64,000 nt of DNA, taken from assembly GCA_905479495.1 (NCBI GenBank), contig CAJQMR010000043.1, forward strand, positions 2,979 through 66,978, written 5' to 3'. Each line of letters opens with the position of its first letter. The stretch's first letter is position 1. The translations under genes and the position numbers were made by a program. This stretch comes from an uncultured Anaerolineae bacterium (GTDB lineage Bacteria > Chloroflexota > Anaerolineae > Promineifilales > Promineifilaceae). Positions 63,837 through 64,000 of this stretch are shown here, piece after piece. Under the pieces are notes generated by a model. That model had not been told where the DNA came from, did not search any database, and saw nothing but the letters and a program-made list of their open reading frames with translations.

Positions 63837-63953
63837 CCGGATGCCGGAAATATTGAGCAATTGTGTGCCAGAACGATCTCAACCCTTTCTAAGTGTGAAT
63901 GCTGCTCATGGCTCATTATTCGACATCGAATTAGATAAAAGGAATGAAATCTG

Positions 63954-64000
63954 ATGTTGAAAAAAATCTTAACCTTCATCCAGCACAAAACCAGCTGGCT
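63954..64000 (+). CDS. Start of an unidentified gene running off the right edge
   Basis: ATG at 63954 with AAGGAA upstream, reading MLKKILTFIQHKTSW... Too short to call. Confidence 0.25.
   Translation, partial: MLKKILTFIQHKTSW

Overview
This 64-kb chromosomal segment comes from a moderately GC-rich bacterium. Gene content and repeat style look Chloroflexota-like, but taxonomy cannot be verified from the window. I support about 60 protein genes and one tRNA-Gln. I saw no rRNA, CRISPR array, transposase or integrase. The left 55 kb is mostly housekeeping. It holds dnaG-rpoD, fused glyQS, recO, dnaX-ybaB-recR, tsaE-tsaB-rimI, cdd, trpB, trpF, a DAHP synthase and a tungsten-type aldehyde:ferredoxin oxidoreductase. 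Interspersed are two ECF sigma/anti-sigma modules, a MazF-type toxin-antitoxin cassette, a PknK-like kinase-ATPase-TPR protein, a large secreted S8 protease and an ABC importer behind a structured leader. The right 8 kb looks accessory or decaying: a truncated ABC ATPase, a quinone-oxidoreductase fragment, acyltransferases and a MalT/LAL-type LuxR regulator. I did not find a clear new multi-gene system such as a defence island. The strongest unexplained signals are architectural. First, the 8-bp palindrome ACGGCCGT occurs about 100 times, in all reading frames and in intergenic DNA, much like cyanobacterial HIP1. Second, a family of intergenic hairpins is built from tandem 7-9 nt units, and one such array sits in frame inside trpF. 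Third, the TA cassette is bracketed by two copies of the glyQS 3' end. Fourth, a promoter, ~155-nt structured leader and terminator precede an NMT1/THI5-type ABC importer, with a G9 tract in the promoter spacer. Fifth, a protoglobin fused to a MoaD-like domain lies next to MoaD and AOR genes. All coordinates for non-ORF features were counted by hand and may be off by 1-2 nt.
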